A program made the position numbers and the translations under genes. A stretch of DNA of 64,000 bases, from IMG/VR virus record IMGVR_UViG_3300032007_000002. One strand, 5' to 3'. Numbering within the stretch: position 1 is the stretch's first letter; each line of letters opens with the position of its first letter. The DNA is from a virus. Lineage: Duplodnaviria; Heunggongvirae; Uroviricota; Caudoviricetes. A model generated the notes under the pieces. The model did not search any database. It was not told the DNA's origin and worked only from the letters and a program-made list of their open reading frames with translations. Shown here in pieces: positions 1 to 10,739 of this stretch.

Positions 1-418
1 CAACAAGGCGGTTGCCCACAACCTCCTCCGCACCAACCTTCCGGTCACGATTAAGTTTGACGGCAAGATGGACTATACATACGAAGGCGGTCCTGGCATC
101 GCCCCGACCTACAAGCAGTTGTCCCAGGGCCAGCAGCGCAAGGTCGGTTTCGCAATCGCCATGGCGTTCCGTGACTTCGCTGCCATGCTCGGTAACTTCA
201 AGCTGAACTTCATCAGTTTCGACGAAGTCATCGACCAGTCCACTGACGACAACGCAATGCGCGAAATGCTTGAAATGATCCGCGGCATGGTGCCCGACAT
301 CGGCTGCGCCTTTGTTATCACCCACCGTGGCGGCGTTGTTCGCGACCTTTTCGACTACAAGCTCGAAGTCAAGAACAATGGCGCATACTCTCGCCTTGGC
401 GAGCTCGAAGCAATTTAA
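1..418 (+). CDS. gp46/SbcC/Rad50-like recombination ATPase, C-terminal part (5' end outside window)
   Basis: Frame open from the window edge; ABC signature LSQGQ, 'AFRD', Walker B FISFDEV and H-loop FVITH as in the T4 gp46 C-terminus. Confidence 0.88.
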   Translation, partial: NKAVAHNLLRTNLPVTIKFDGKMDYTYEGGPGIAPTYKQLSQGQQRKVGFAIAMAFRDFAAMLGNFKLNFISFDEVIDQSTDDNAMREMLEMIRGMVPDIGCAFVITHRGGVVRDLFDYKLEVKNNGAYSRLGELEAI

Positions 419-429
419 GGAGGCCAGAC

Positions 430-1170
430 ATGGCAACACGTTCCAAGAAGGTTCTGACGGAAATCACCAAGGCGCTTGACACGCCGAAGAAACCGTCTGT
501 CAAGAAAAAGACTGACGTCAAACGCGTCAAACCTGCCGGCGCAGCTACGGTGGGCCAGGAACCCCCGGTTGGCACTGCCCAGGAACGGCTTGACCGCAAG
601 CTGTCCGCGAAGTATGCCCCGCCGGTCCAGCAAATTTTCGACAAGGGCGCCGACCGCATGCGTTCCGAGTTCGAAAAGGCTACCAAGAACGGCGAAAACA
701 TTCAGCCCGGATTCCAGACGGTTTTCCAGGACACTTGCCAATTCCAGACGGCGGTGGCGACTGACCTAAATGGGAACCCCATCCAGGTCACCCCCGAGAA
801 CATGCTTCCCAATGGCGACAAGTTCCGGGTTGCGGGCCAGGTTCCTGACCAGGCAGCAGCCGACGTGCGTCCGAATACGGCCCTGCCTGCACGGATTTTT
901 GCCCTCGCGCTGAGCGGACTGTCCGGGATGGGCGAGTTTACGATTACACAGAATGACGACCGGACGGTCTTGCGGCTGATAATCGGGGAGCATTTGACGA
1001 TTGAGTATGCAATGCCTGACGACATCCTCTCGATTAAGGCCGATTTCGTGTCTGCCGGACATAACTGCAAGTTCACGGGTACCTATACCGGCAAGTCGGG
1101 TGGCGCTGTCAAGTGTATACGCGACAGCATGACGGAGCAGATGCACAGGGTCTATTCGGCTCACGAATAG
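430..1170 (+). CDS. hypothetical protein with Lys-rich N-terminus
   Basis: 246-aa ORF, AAGGAGG RBS, phage-like codon usage. Confidence 0.75.
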   Translation: MATRSKKVLTEITKALDTPKKPSVKKKTDVKRVKPAGAATVGQEPPVGTAQERLDRKLSAKYAPPVQQIFDKGADRMRSEFEKATKNGENIQPGFQTVFQDTCQFQTAVATDLNGNPIQVTPENMLPNGDKFRVAGQVPDQAAADVRPNTALPARIFALALSGLSGMGEFTITQNDDRTVLRLIIGEHLTIEYAMPDDILSIKADFVSAGHNCKFTGTYTGKSGGAVKCIRDSMTEQMHRVYSAHE

Positions 1171-1191
1171 CAAGAACTTGGTGTGGAGTGG

Positions 1192-1219
1192 GGTGTCCCG
1201 GAGTTCCGGGGCACCTTTT
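1192..1219 (+). terminator. intrinsic terminator
   Basis: GGTGTCCCGGA-gt-TCCGGGGCACC stem followed by TTTT, after ORF 430-1170. Confidence 0.65.
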
Positions 1220-1223
1220 CCGT

Positions 1224-1232
1224 TATAAACTA
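1224..1232 (+). promoter_or_regulatory. phage late promoter TATAAACTA
   Basis: Recurrent intergenic 9-mer resembling T4 late TATAAATA. Confidence 0.8.
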
Positions 1233-1271
1233 GGGGTATCTTCGATTTTAGCACCCGAACCCCGGTTTCCG

Positions 1272-4200
1272 ATGTCCCAACTCTACGATTACGAGAAGTA
1301 TTACAAGCCGATGAAGGCCACCGCGAAGGTCAAGCTGGACCTTAGTGGCCTCCCGCTGAAAACGCTCGCGTCTATACAGGACGAGGAGGGCGAGACCACC
1401 CTCAATGAAAGGGTGACGAACAACGTGATGGAGTATGTCCAGAAAATCACGGCAGCCGCCTCTACCGGGTCCGAGGTGATGCTTCTCGGGAATGTCGCAA
1501 GCGCCACGAACCGGGTGATACACCTTCACTGGACAACTACGACTGCGGGCAGCACGCCGGAGAATACGGACGTGTTCGTTGCCGCGGGTTTCGTCGCCGA
1601 TGACCTCGTGAAGAGTGGCATCGTCAGGGCGAACACCACCCCTTACCGCAGGAAGCCGGACACGCTTGTAAACGGGCAGGCCATCAGGCTCCCCGATGAC
1701 GGCCCGTCCGATACCCATAGCCCGCTGGCGATCACGCTGGAAACCTATACCGCCGACAGCCCGTTCCCGGTAGTCACCGCCGTGTCTTCCGTGACGTTTG
1801 AGTATATCCCCCGCTATCTCCTGATGGTGGACAAGGACACCCTGCAGCAGTCACAGAATTTCAGCTGGATCAACAATGTCCACGTATATCGCGCCGCGCT
1901 CGGGTGTCTCGGGTTTGACCGTGTCCGCGAGCATGGCCGGAAATGGTTTACCAAGACTGCCCCGAAGGACAGGAAGGCGATTACCGGGTATGACGCGTTG
2001 CAGAAGACGCTGAAATACATGTCCCCGTTCTACAACGATGGCGGCATGGGCCTGGAAGTTGTTTACTACGACGACAAGTTCAAGCAGCCCGTCACCGTGG
2101 ACGCGCCTACCCGCGAGGAATGGCAGCTGGACCGTAATGCCGCGAGGGCCAAGCTGAAAGCTCACATGCGCGATGCGGCATCGAAGGATCTTGGCTACAC
2201 GCTTACCTCGATGAAGGGCGGCACGAAGTTCTCCGCCCTCGGCAGTATGCTGGGAACGGATTCTAGCGGCTGGATTAACGAGAAGAACAGGATTTACGCC
2301 GAGGTTGCCGATTCCGACGTTGTTGCACAGGGTGGCGAGGTTGATTACAGCAAGAAGCTCGTGAGTTCCCTTGCCGGGACCGAGGAGACCGGTGGTACCG
2401 GCACCGCGCTCATCCCGAACGTGTGCGACGCGTTCAAGGCGTTCTACTACAGTAAGGAAGAACTGCGTTCCATGCTTGCCGATGCACTCACCGAGACCGC
2501 GGACGAGTTCAAGAACGCCCATGGGACACCCGGCTCGGCCAGGGCCGCACTGCGTTCTTTCTTTGGCGCGGTGGCGGAGAGCGCGTTCCTGCTCAACACG
2601 GACGGTGTCGGCAAGTATGCGCTCGACCTCGGGGAAATCCGCAGGTCGCTCTATACGGTCGGCCGCAGCAAGCAGGACTATGCCGGGATTGGCTACTACG
2701 TGGATGACGATACGGCCGAAATCAGCCTTCGCCTGCGTGCGCTCAGCATCCGCGGGGCGAACGAGTATGCGACCGACTATACTGGGTATGACACGAAGGA
2801 CGGCTATGGCCGTAACGTCCCGGTGATTGCCGGGCCGGCGTGCCTTTATGCCAACAAGGGCGGGCGCAATGTCGTATGGGCCGGATCCGTAAGCGAAACC
2901 GATTTCTGGAAGTATCACCCGACGATGTATTACGATGGCATCAATACCTACGAGGATTACATCCGCGAGAAGGTAAGCTCCAAGGTGGACGCGTCGTATA
3001 TCAAGGCGATACTGTTGGCATGGTATGTCGAGTGGGTGTCGAACGTAAGCACAAAGAACAGCAGCAGCATTTCGATAGACCAGGCATATAGCCGTATATG
3101 GGAAAGCGTCGAGGACTTTGACCGCGATTCCAGCTTTGTCAGGAACCATGCTGCGGTCAAGGCGACCATGGCGAAGTACCCGTATGCGGGTGGCATGATT
3201 TCCGTGGTGCGGGCGAAGGTTTCGTCTATTTCCTATGATTACGTGACCTGGTATGTTGGCGGCGGGTATATTACTGCCCGGTGCGACATCACTGCGCCCG
3301 ACGGATCGCTATATACGGTGGGTGCGGGCAACGACACTGCGCACTGCCGGATGAACAGCATCAACTATGCGACGTTCTATTCACCATACGGGTTCAGTGT
3401 CTATACGCTTGCCCAGTTCGCGACCGAGGCTGCTATCCTCATCAGGGGCATGCGCGACGCGAGCGCTTCCGGGGCCGTTGCCAATGTCCATTCCTGGTAC
3501 CCGGTGAACGACAACTGGAAACTTACCGGGGAGTTTACCGTGCTCGGCGTGGACGAGACGGAATTTCCGCTGGGCGAAGCCCTGTTCAATACTGACGGGA
3601 AGCGGTATGTGACTGGCCTGGACTATTATGCGTCGGCGCATAACCAGTATGACGACGATATTGACTTGAACGATGTTGACGTGTCCATGCCGTATTTTGT
3701 CGATACGGTCATGTGGGCATACAAGAAGATGCTCGCCGGATGGCGCGACTGGCTCGACGACTTGAAGGTGAAACTGTTTGCCGGTTCCCTTATCGGGGGT
3801 GCCGCGGCTGCAGCTGCATCCGTCCTCGAATTTACTACGCGCAAGGAAGAATACGAGGACGCGAAGGATGCGTTCGGGCGGTTGAAGACTGCCATCGAGC
3901 GTATTCGCTACTACGAGTATATCACCCATGAAAGCGTGTTTAACAACAAGTCGAGCATGTATGGCGGTTTCGCCGGGCTCAACTTCAAGATGGTTCCGGC
4001 CAGGTTCATGGTCGCCGTGTCGATGTACAAGAAGGTGCGCAAGCGCTACCGTCGGTTCGGGTTTACCCGTCACCGCATGGTGAAACAGTTCATCGGCATC
4101 CGCTGGGCGGAAGTCCGCATGATAGACACGAACATCTATGCGGAATATCCGCAGCTTGTGGACGATACCTATACTGTCTATCCGGTCGGCCAGACTGCCA

Positions 4201-6440
4201 CCATTACGGGAAATTCTACCGACGGCTATGTCGTTACCGTACCGTCCGCAATCGAGGGCGAGGGCGATGCCAAGCCGGGCGACATTTCCGGGCAGGGTGA
4301 GGTAGTTCTTGACCTGATGGCGTCTGACGGGTACGTCTATTCCTATGGCGCTACGCCGGACGGGGACTTGATCTACTACATCACGGACGATGACTTCGTC
4401 GCATCCGATTTCGCATCGGGTGCCATGTTGCTCAATGTGAAGGTCCCGCTCCCCGCGAGCAAGGACGACGACAGCCGCACTACGGTAGAGCTGCGTTACG
4501 ACATGCCGTCCCTCCCGAGGGCGTCGGAAATCCGCCATCGCGCATTTGTGGACTATGGCCCGTTCGACCAGTCCAGATATGCAATCGTTGACCGTGCGGG
4601 TGACGTTTACAAGGGCCACATGGACGGCAACGGGAAATTTATCTATGACACCGACATGGACGGCAACCTGATACCTGTCGTTGACAGGGTGGACGGCTGG
4701 CGCATATTCCACGAGAGCAGCATGAACATTGCCGACATGCGCAAGGGAATGGGAGTGTTCGACGCTGCCGCGAGCCTGCTCGGTATTCTCCGCGCGGAGT
4801 TCGGCGACAAGCGCGTCGAACTGTGCGAGACGATGCGTTCTGCAGAGGACGAGGCGCAGATTTGCTCCGGCGGGCCGGAGTCTGCGTTCCTGTCATGGCA
4901 TAACTATGGTCTCGGCATAAAGATTTTGATCTATCAGGACGACCTGCGGACGCCTATTGCGGAAGACAGCGACGATTTCAGGAAGCTGATTGACATTGCG
5001 GAAGCGTTCACGGAAGACGCCCGCGAGGCGAAGGTCTGCCCGAAACCGCTCAATGTCGTGTGGTGTGGCCGTCTTGTCATGGGCGCCAATATCTTCTGCT
5101 GGGAGTTTCTCCCGATTGGCGTGGAGCACAGGGATGCCCCGAAGTTCCGCGAGGCGCTGCTTGAACGGATGGATCCGGTCGAACGGTGTTCGTTCGTGAA
5201 CGTCGATGCCAAGGGCTATGTGACGGCGGACCCACCGAAGGACCGCGTCCCGTATATCCTGTCCGGCTCGGAAACCTACCGGGATGCGGAACAGGTGAAT
5301 GGCCAGCACTACGTCGATCCGGTGAAGGTGGTGAACTATGTCCAGACACAGGTCCATCACGACCTTCCGCTGATTAACGTCATCGAGTTCATCAAGATGA
5401 TGCAGTTGAAGATGGCTGCGAACGGCAGCACCCTGACCGACCGCGCGAACATCTATGAATGGAAGTCGGTGAATGAGACCGCGTTCCGCCAGCTGGTCAT
5501 GTATTTCGGCATGGTCGGGAACCTCAGCGGTGCGCAGTCGCTCATATCCGGTGACTTCGTGGAGAGCTACCAGACAATCGTCGATATGTATTACACGACC
5601 GACATCGTGGAGTTCGTCAAGGCGATGCTGGGCAACCTCTACTCTTCGGCGAAGGTGTTCCTTACCGATGTCGGCGACGGTGGCGCGTACATCTCGCTTG
5701 CTGATGGCCGCATCCATGTGTTCGGCGAGAGCACCCGTTCCGCCTATGACCAGAACTACGGCGGCAACGTGTTCGGCGAACGCCAGGTCACCCCGACCAA
5801 GCTCGTCCGAGGTATCGAGCGCGATGGCGTGTTCTACACGGTTGAGGAAGCGAAGGCTCTCGGCATGAATGTGGAATATGTCAGCGACGGTCCGGTGCTC
5901 AGCGGCTACACGATTAACGCCGACGGCTCGGTGACCATTGACGGTGGCGATGCCCAGCTTCTCCATGCCCTTGCCGCAAGCCAGATCAAGGAACAGTACG
6001 AGAAGCTGAAATCCAGGTTCGAGGATTATGGCGGCGCGGTGATGTATGACCATTTTGCCGACGGTCCGAACGCCAACAATGCCGACATGCTGGAAAACGA
6101 GTTCGGCATTATTGCCGGGCAGACGCTGATGAGTTTCGATGCCCTCCGTGCGATGGTTGACAAGTCGGACATCAACGGTTCCGGGAACACTTTGGGAACA
6201 GGCGCGGGCAAGTTGAGCGACGACAGCTACGGCGACCTCGACGGCAACGGCAACCCGCTCGAAAGCGTGTTCGAAAAGGTCGTGTCCAATGCACAGCTTT
6301 CCGGTGTCCGGCTGGCGAGCCTGACCAGGGAACATGTTACCGAGGTCCCGAGATCCAATGGCCTGAGTGTCGAGCGCATCTATGCCATTCTCACCAACGG
6401 AAAGAAGGTGATGGGCAACGATTTGATGCGAAGGAAATAA
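1272..6440 (+). CDS. very large (~1720 aa) virion structural protein with a degenerate M15 peptidase-like domain
   Basis: Long ORF, probable start ATG 1272 after late promoter; ETMRSAEDEAQ...SWHNYGLGIKI resembles the M15 R...SxHxxGxAxD motif. Confidence 0.7.
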   Translation: MSQLYDYEKYYKPMKATAKVKLDLSGLPLKTLASIQDEEGETTLNERVTNNVMEYVQKITAAASTGSEVMLLGNVASATNRVIHLHWTTTTAGSTPENTDVFVAAGFVADDLVKSGIVRANTTPYRRKPDTLVNGQAIRLPDDGPSDTHSPLAITLETYTADSPFPVVTAVSSVTFEYIPRYLLMVDKDTLQQSQNFSWINNVHVYRAALGCLGFDRVREHGRKWFTKTAPKDRKAITGYDALQKTLKYMSPFYNDGGMGLEVVYYDDKFKQPVTVDAPTREEWQLDRNAARAKLKAHMRDAASKDLGYTLTSMKGGTKFSALGSMLGTDSSGWINEKNRIYAEVADSDVVAQGGEVDYSKKLVSSLAGTEETGGTGTALIPNVCDAFKAFYYSKEELRSMLADALTETADEFKNAHGTPGSARAALRSFFGAVAESAFLLNTDGVGKYALDLGEIRRSLYTVGRSKQDYAGIGYYVDDDTAEISLRLRALSIRGANEYATDYTGYDTKDGYGRNVPVIAGPACLYANKGGRNVVWAGSVSETDFWKYHPTMYYDGINTYEDYIREKVSSKVDASYIKAILLAWYVEWVSNVSTKNSSSISIDQAYSRIWESVEDFDRDSSFVRNHAAVKATMAKYPYAGGMISVVRAKVSSISYDYVTWYVGGGYITARCDITAPDGSLYTVGAGNDTAHCRMNSINYATFYSPYGFSVYTLAQFATEAAILIRGMRDASASGAVANVHSWYPVNDNWKLTGEFTVLGVDETEFPLGEALFNTDGKRYVTGLDYYASAHNQYDDDIDLNDVDVSMPYFVDTVMWAYKKMLAGWRDWLDDLKVKLFAGSLIGGAAAAAASVLEFTTRKEEYEDAKDAFGRLKTAIERIRYYEYITHESVFNNKSSMYGGFAGLNFKMVPARFMVAVSMYKKVRKRYRRFGFTRHRMVKQFIGIRWAEVRMIDTNIYAEYPQLVDDTYTVYPVGQTATITGNSTDGYVVTVPSAIEGEGDAKPGDISGQGEVVLDLMASDGYVYSYGATPDGDLIYYITDDDFVASDFASGAMLLNVKVPLPASKDDDSRTTVELRYDMPSLPRASEIRHRAFVDYGPFDQSRYAIVDRAGDVYKGHMDGNGKFIYDTDMDGNLIPVVDRVDGWRIFHESSMNIADMRKGMGVFDAAASLLGILRAEFGDKRVELCETMRSAEDEAQICSGGPESAFLSWHNYGLGIKILIYQDDLRTPIAEDSDDFRKLIDIAEAFTEDAREAKVCPKPLNVVWCGRLVMGANIFCWEFLPIGVEHRDAPKFREALLERMDPVERCSFVNVDAKGYVTADPPKDRVPYILSGSETYRDAEQVNGQHYVDPVKVVNYVQTQVHHDLPLINVIEFIKMMQLKMAANGSTLTDRANIYEWKSVNETAFRQLVMYFGMVGNLSGAQSLISGDFVESYQTIVDMYYTTDIVEFVKAMLGNLYSSAKVFLTDVGDGGAYISLADGRIHVFGESTRSAYDQNYGGNVFGERQVTPTKLVRGIERDGVFYTVEEAKALGMNVEYVSDGPVLSGYTINADGSVTIDGGDAQLLHALAASQIKEQYEKLKSRFEDYGGAVMYDHFADGPNANNADMLENEFGIIAGQTLMSFDALRAMVDKSDINGSGNTLGTGAGKLSDDSYGDLDGNGNPLESVFEKVVSNAQLSGVRLASLTREHVTEVPRSNGLSVERIYAILTNGKKVMGNDLMRRK

Positions 6441-6442
6441 TT

Positions 6443-6451
6443 TGTAGATTT
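6443..6451 (+). promoter_or_regulatory. host-type -10 box (TGTAGATTT), leaderless
   Basis: 5 nt upstream of ATG 6457, same geometry as the other copies. Confidence 0.55.
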
Positions 6452-6456
6452 GGAAT

Positions 6457-7362
6457 ATGAAAGCGTTTATTCTATCCGACATACATGTTGACACATGGTT
6501 TGAAAATGTCGTTGACCGGAAACGGTGGAAAGTCCCCACCCCGGACAAGGACGTTGTCCCGGAAACGATGGATTGGCTGTGGAAATTCCGTGAATATCCT
6601 GTTACTGACGCGTTGATAGTTGCCGGCGACATAGCCAACGACTACCAGTCGTATGTCCAGACGGTGGAATGGCTCTCCAAGAAATACAAGAAGGTCTATA
6701 TCTGCGTAGGCAACCACGATATTCTTGTGCGCCACGCTACCCCGTATGCGTCGAACGCGAAGTTTGCGCTTTCCGAGGACAAGCTGGATGCTATTCTCAT
6801 GCAGGACTTGAAGTATGACAATGTCCATATAATCGAGGGCCGGCAGGTTGACGGTATCGCCGGGTGTATGGGCATGTGCGATCTGAAATGCGATGCCATG
6901 CCGGGGTTCGATTACCGGACCGCGTGGCGCAGGTCGTGGTTCGATGGCCGCAACTGGCGCTACATGAACCAGGAACCGGGCAAGATTTGGAACTACTATG
7001 ATGCGATGCTTACCGGGCTTTGCAAGGCTGCGCCGAAGATTGTGATGACGCACTTTGCCCCGTTCCAGGTCGGCGTGAACTGGAAATACCGCAACAATCG
7101 TGGAAATGTCTTCTTCTACTACCAGGGAGAGAAGTATCTCGACTTGCTGCCTGACGGGACGACCTGGATATGCGGCCACATTCATGACCAGAAGATTTGT
7201 GAGTGGGTGAACTCGTCCGGTGCGCACATCCGCATACTCTGTAACCCGTCCGGTTACCCGGGCGAGGGACGGTCCGAGGCCGACACGGTGAAGGTGGTCA
7301 ACGGGAAAATCGAACGGGACATCGTAACGACGACCCATGAGGACTTCATCATAGACATTTAG
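6457..7362 (+). CDS. calcineurin-like metallophosphoesterase
   Basis: SDIH, AGD, GNHD, TH and GHIH motifs in canonical order. Confidence 0.9.
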   Translation: MKAFILSDIHVDTWFENVVDRKRWKVPTPDKDVVPETMDWLWKFREYPVTDALIVAGDIANDYQSYVQTVEWLSKKYKKVYICVGNHDILVRHATPYASNAKFALSEDKLDAILMQDLKYDNVHIIEGRQVDGIAGCMGMCDLKCDAMPGFDYRTAWRRSWFDGRNWRYMNQEPGKIWNYYDAMLTGLCKAAPKIVMTHFAPFQVGVNWKYRNNRGNVFFYYQGEKYLDLLPDGTTWICGHIHDQKICEWVNSSGAHIRILCNPSGYPGEGRSEADTVKVVNGKIERDIVTTTHEDFIIDI

Positions 7363-7375
7363 AGCCCCTCCCGCT

Positions 7376-7384
7376 TATAAACTG
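7376..7384 (+). promoter_or_regulatory. late promoter variant TATAAACTG
   Basis: One mismatch to consensus, 21 nt before ATG 7406. Confidence 0.7.
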
Positions 7385-7405
7385 GAGAAAAACGACGGTT
7401 TATTG

Positions 7406-8920
7406 ATGGCAGCGGGTGTAATCATACGCAAATACACGGGAAAGGACGGGAGTTTCGGAACCCTCGTTTCTTCCCTCGGCATCAAGAGGGTGGACACTTG
7501 TGTGCCCGCTGTTTATTCGTCCGAACGTCTCGGCGGAAGGGTCATCCCGGCGGATGACGCGTCCGAGGCGGCATACTACTGTATCTATGCCGAGGAGGAC
7601 AGGAAGTGCACCGCATACTCGATGGAGTGCGTGTTCAAGATCCACCTCGAAAAGGCGCCCGATGTCCAGCTCTCCAACATAAGGATTTACCCGGAAGGCG
7701 AACCCCCGATGGACGGGAAGGTTCACCCCATCCTCCGTATCGGCAACTCCGTGGGCTATTCCAAGCCGACCAACACGAAGTCGCAGAAGGCCATCCACAA
7801 CATCTGGGATTTCAGCAAGGAACACCCGTTCTACCTCACGGTCGCGGGCCTCTATGGCCAGGTTCCCGATCCGTCGCTCGGTGTGTCCGAGTACACGGTG
7901 GAATACAAGGACTACGGGTTCGGCAATGTGATTGCGCTCAATGGCGAGCGTCAGGTCGCGGTGCCGGTCGCTACCAAGACTGACAGTGAGAAGGACATCG
8001 TCGTTACCTTCCTCAACCGCAGTTTCAACCGTAGCGAGGATTACACCCAGGAACCGGCCAACTTCATCGAGTTCCTCGGCCTCAAGGAAGACGGGACGCA
8101 GGAACTGCTCGGCGCCCCCTACGTGTCCGTCAAGAAGACCGTCGATGGCGAACTTCTCACGCTTACAGTGAAGAAGGGAGATGACAACCTCATGGCCAAA
8201 TACCCGGCGGGCCTCATCTACCGCATCCCGAGCTTCGACGGCAAGGAACACCCGAACAGCGGGTACATGGTATTCTGGGTTCCCCTCTACAACAGCGCCA
8301 CGGGTTTCGGCAAGCCGGCTTACGTTCCGCACCGCTGGTTCATCCAGAACCGGGATAACCTGACCTACAAGGTCACCGAGGAACCGACCACCCAGCCGGG
8401 CGAAAAGCCGGTAATCTCGTTCGATGTCGAGGCCCGCGACGAGGGCTGCGGCCATTTTGTCTATTACCTGAACGGGGTAAGGGCTCCCCAGCTGATTTTT
8501 GATCCGGGCTGCATTTACCACTTCGTGAACCACACCGGGAGCGCTTTCCCGATGCGCCTGGTGGGGAACTTCAACTCCCCGATGGCTTCCGACATCAACG
8601 ATGTCGTGACTGACGGCGTCATTGTCCTCAATGGCGGGACCGACGAGGAAGAGATTACGATCGATGTCGAGGCCGCCCTGAAGGCGAGCCGGATGGTCGG
8701 CGGCTACCAGTGCGTCTGCGCCCCGTACATGGGCAACGTGGTATATAACCACCCGCTCTTCATGTGCGGCCAGTATAACATGTGCCGCGTGGGTGGTGGC
8801 GTGTATAACCCGCTGCTTGCGGGCGAGACCGACTACGTCTATTTGCAGCTGGAAGTGCCCGGTGATGCCGAACCCGGCTATGCCGTCCCTCAGCTCCATA
8901 TAGAGTATGATGAAAACTAG
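7406..8920 (+). CDS. probable virion structural protein
   Basis: ~504-aa beta-rich ORF under a late promoter; YYLNG..PQL.F..G..Y.F segment typical of T4-like virion proteins. Confidence 0.6.
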   Translation: MAAGVIIRKYTGKDGSFGTLVSSLGIKRVDTCVPAVYSSERLGGRVIPADDASEAAYYCIYAEEDRKCTAYSMECVFKIHLEKAPDVQLSNIRIYPEGEPPMDGKVHPILRIGNSVGYSKPTNTKSQKAIHNIWDFSKEHPFYLTVAGLYGQVPDPSLGVSEYTVEYKDYGFGNVIALNGERQVAVPVATKTDSEKDIVVTFLNRSFNRSEDYTQEPANFIEFLGLKEDGTQELLGAPYVSVKKTVDGELLTLTVKKGDDNLMAKYPAGLIYRIPSFDGKEHPNSGYMVFWVPLYNSATGFGKPAYVPHRWFIQNRDNLTYKVTEEPTTQPGEKPVISFDVEARDEGCGHFVYYLNGVRAPQLIFDPGCIYHFVNHTGSAFPMRLVGNFNSPMASDINDVVTDGVIVLNGGTDEEEITIDVEAALKASRMVGGYQCVCAPYMGNVVYNHPLFMCGQYNMCRVGGGVYNPLLAGETDYVYLQLEVPGDAEPGYAVPQLHIEYDEN

Positions 8921-8928
8921 CGACATCT

Positions 8929-8937
8929 TCTAAACTA
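8929..8937 (+). promoter_or_regulatory. late promoter variant TCTAAACTA
   Basis: One mismatch to consensus, upstream of scaffold candidate. Confidence 0.55.
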
Positions 8938-8984
8938 ACTTACAAAACACGATACCGGCAGTGTCCGGTGAAAGGACAATAGCT

Positions 8985-10622
8985 ATGACCAATCAGGAAC
9001 AAGTCAATTCTATCCTCGCAATGGATGATGACCTTGCCAAGGTTGAATCCATCACTGATGGAATGCCGGTTGATGATTATTCGCCGGAAGACAACAAGGA
9101 ACTCACGCTTGACGACATTTTTGGCGTGACCGCCAACGACCAGCCCCAGACATTCGGGGACTCGTTCGCTCCGCTTGGTGACGACACCAAGACCGAGGAA
9201 GGTCGCGAGATGATTACGCAGGCGTTCGTTTCCGAGCTCAACAAGCTCCCGGACCAGAAGATTGAAATTGCCGACATCCCGGCAATCGCGGCCACGGTTC
9301 AGATGCGCACCGGCGCAAAGGGCGACGTCGAATCCTTCCTTGCCAATACGGTGATGCAGACCGTCAATACCCTCGCCGAACAGAACAAGACCGAGCTCAA
9401 CCCGGATGGTGCTGTCAGCGAAATGGCGAAGGAAACCCAGGAACGCGTTCAGGGCGAAGGCCCGGCTGTCGACCAGTTCGGCAACCCGACGGGTGATGCC
9501 GCGACCGGACCGCTCCCCGAGGTCCCCCCTCTTGCCCCGACCCCGGAGCCGAGTCTCCCGACTGAACAGAGCGCCCCGGCTGACGACCTCAATGGCCTTC
9601 TCCCGCCGGATGATGTCCCGCCTGCAGACCCGAACGCTGCCGGCCCGGAAGGTGACGGAACCCTCGGCCTTGCTGACATCGGCGTGAGCGACGACGATCT
9701 CGCTGCTGCAAACAGCGCCCTTGACAACATTGATGCCGCTCCTGCTCCGGCTGCTGATGCCGGTGTGCCGGAAGCAACCGACACCGCCGGTCTTGACGAC
9801 GCGCTTGCCGGTCTCGACAAACTTGACGACAACATGTTCTCCGGCGATGGTGCTGGTGCGGCTGCGGGCACTGACGCATCGCCTGCCCCCGAAACTCCGG
9901 CGCCGGAAGGTGGCGAACCCGCCGCTACGGAACCTGCTGCCGACGACACGAAGCCGGAAGACGATAAGGACAAGGACGGCGCAAAGGTAGAATCTGCCAA
10001 CGATGACAGCCTTCCACCGATGCTCGAATCCGCCCTCGACACCATCCACTCCGAATACGTTGCCAAGACCCATGCCAGCGAAGACGCTGCCGCTGCGCAG
10101 AACTTCGTTCGTAGCGTTGCCGCTATGATGGAAGCCAAGGACAAGAAGGCTGCTGCCATGGCCGAAGCCGCTGCCGACCGTCGTGCAAAGGCTGATGCAA
10201 TCATGGAAAGCGTAATCAATGCCAATGACCGCAAGGCCATGCTTGAAAACGCTGCCAAGAGCCTCATCGCCGACCGCAAGTCCAACGACCGCGCCTATGC
10301 CATGACCGAAGGCATCATTGCCAAGGCAGGTGCCGGCATGAAGGCCCTCGCCCAGCAACAGGCCATGGTCGAATCTGCCACTGCCGCTCATGCCAAGGCT
10401 GCTGAGACCGCTGCCACCAAGTTGCAGAGTGAGCTCAACAACCTTCTCGAAAGCGCCGACGCTCCGAAGGCTGCCGAACAGGCTCCGATGGTCGAAAGCG
10501 CCGCACAGCCGGCCCCGAAGGCTGACCCGGTTGCAAAGCGCACTGCTCTCATCGAAAGCATCGTTGACCAGTCCGCCCAGGCCCGCCTCGGTGCAATTCG
10601 CGACCGCGTTCAGCAGATCTAA
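8985..10622 (+). CDS. probable prohead core/scaffold protein
   Basis: Acidic Pro/Ala-rich middle, Ala-rich coiled-coil C-terminus, about a dozen (L/M/V/I)-x-E-(S/A/G/N) sites like prohead-protease cleavage sites; strong codon bias. Confidence 0.6.
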   Translation: MTNQEQVNSILAMDDDLAKVESITDGMPVDDYSPEDNKELTLDDIFGVTANDQPQTFGDSFAPLGDDTKTEEGREMITQAFVSELNKLPDQKIEIADIPAIAATVQMRTGAKGDVESFLANTVMQTVNTLAEQNKTELNPDGAVSEMAKETQERVQGEGPAVDQFGNPTGDAATGPLPEVPPLAPTPEPSLPTEQSAPADDLNGLLPPDDVPPADPNAAGPEGDGTLGLADIGVSDDDLAAANSALDNIDAAPAPAADAGVPEATDTAGLDDALAGLDKLDDNMFSGDGAGAAAGTDASPAPETPAPEGGEPAATEPAADDTKPEDDKDKDGAKVESANDDSLPPMLESALDTIHSEYVAKTHASEDAAAAQNFVRSVAAMMEAKDKKAAAMAEAAADRRAKADAIMESVINANDRKAMLENAAKSLIADRKSNDRAYAMTEGIIAKAGAGMKALAQQQAMVESATAAHAKAAETAATKLQSELNNLLESADAPKAAEQAPMVESAAQPAPKADPVAKRTALIESIVDQSAQARLGAIRDRVQQI

Positions 10623-10652
10623 TTGAACTTATTCTCTAACCTCCTTTGAAAT

Positions 10653-10685
10653 AGACCCGCCAATCGGCGGGTCTTCTACGTTTTT
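10653..10685 (+). terminator. intrinsic terminator
   Basis: AGACCCGCC-aatc-GGCGGGTCT plus T-rich tail. Confidence 0.75.
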
Positions 10686-10708
10686 GTAGCCACTGTCCCT
10701 AAAACGAC

Positions 10709-10717
10709 TATAAACTA
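10709..10717 (+). promoter_or_regulatory. late promoter TATAAACTA
   Basis: Exact motif 22 nt before ATG 10740. Confidence 0.8.
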
Positions 10718-10739
10718 CAGTCCAGAAAAGGAACAGTAG

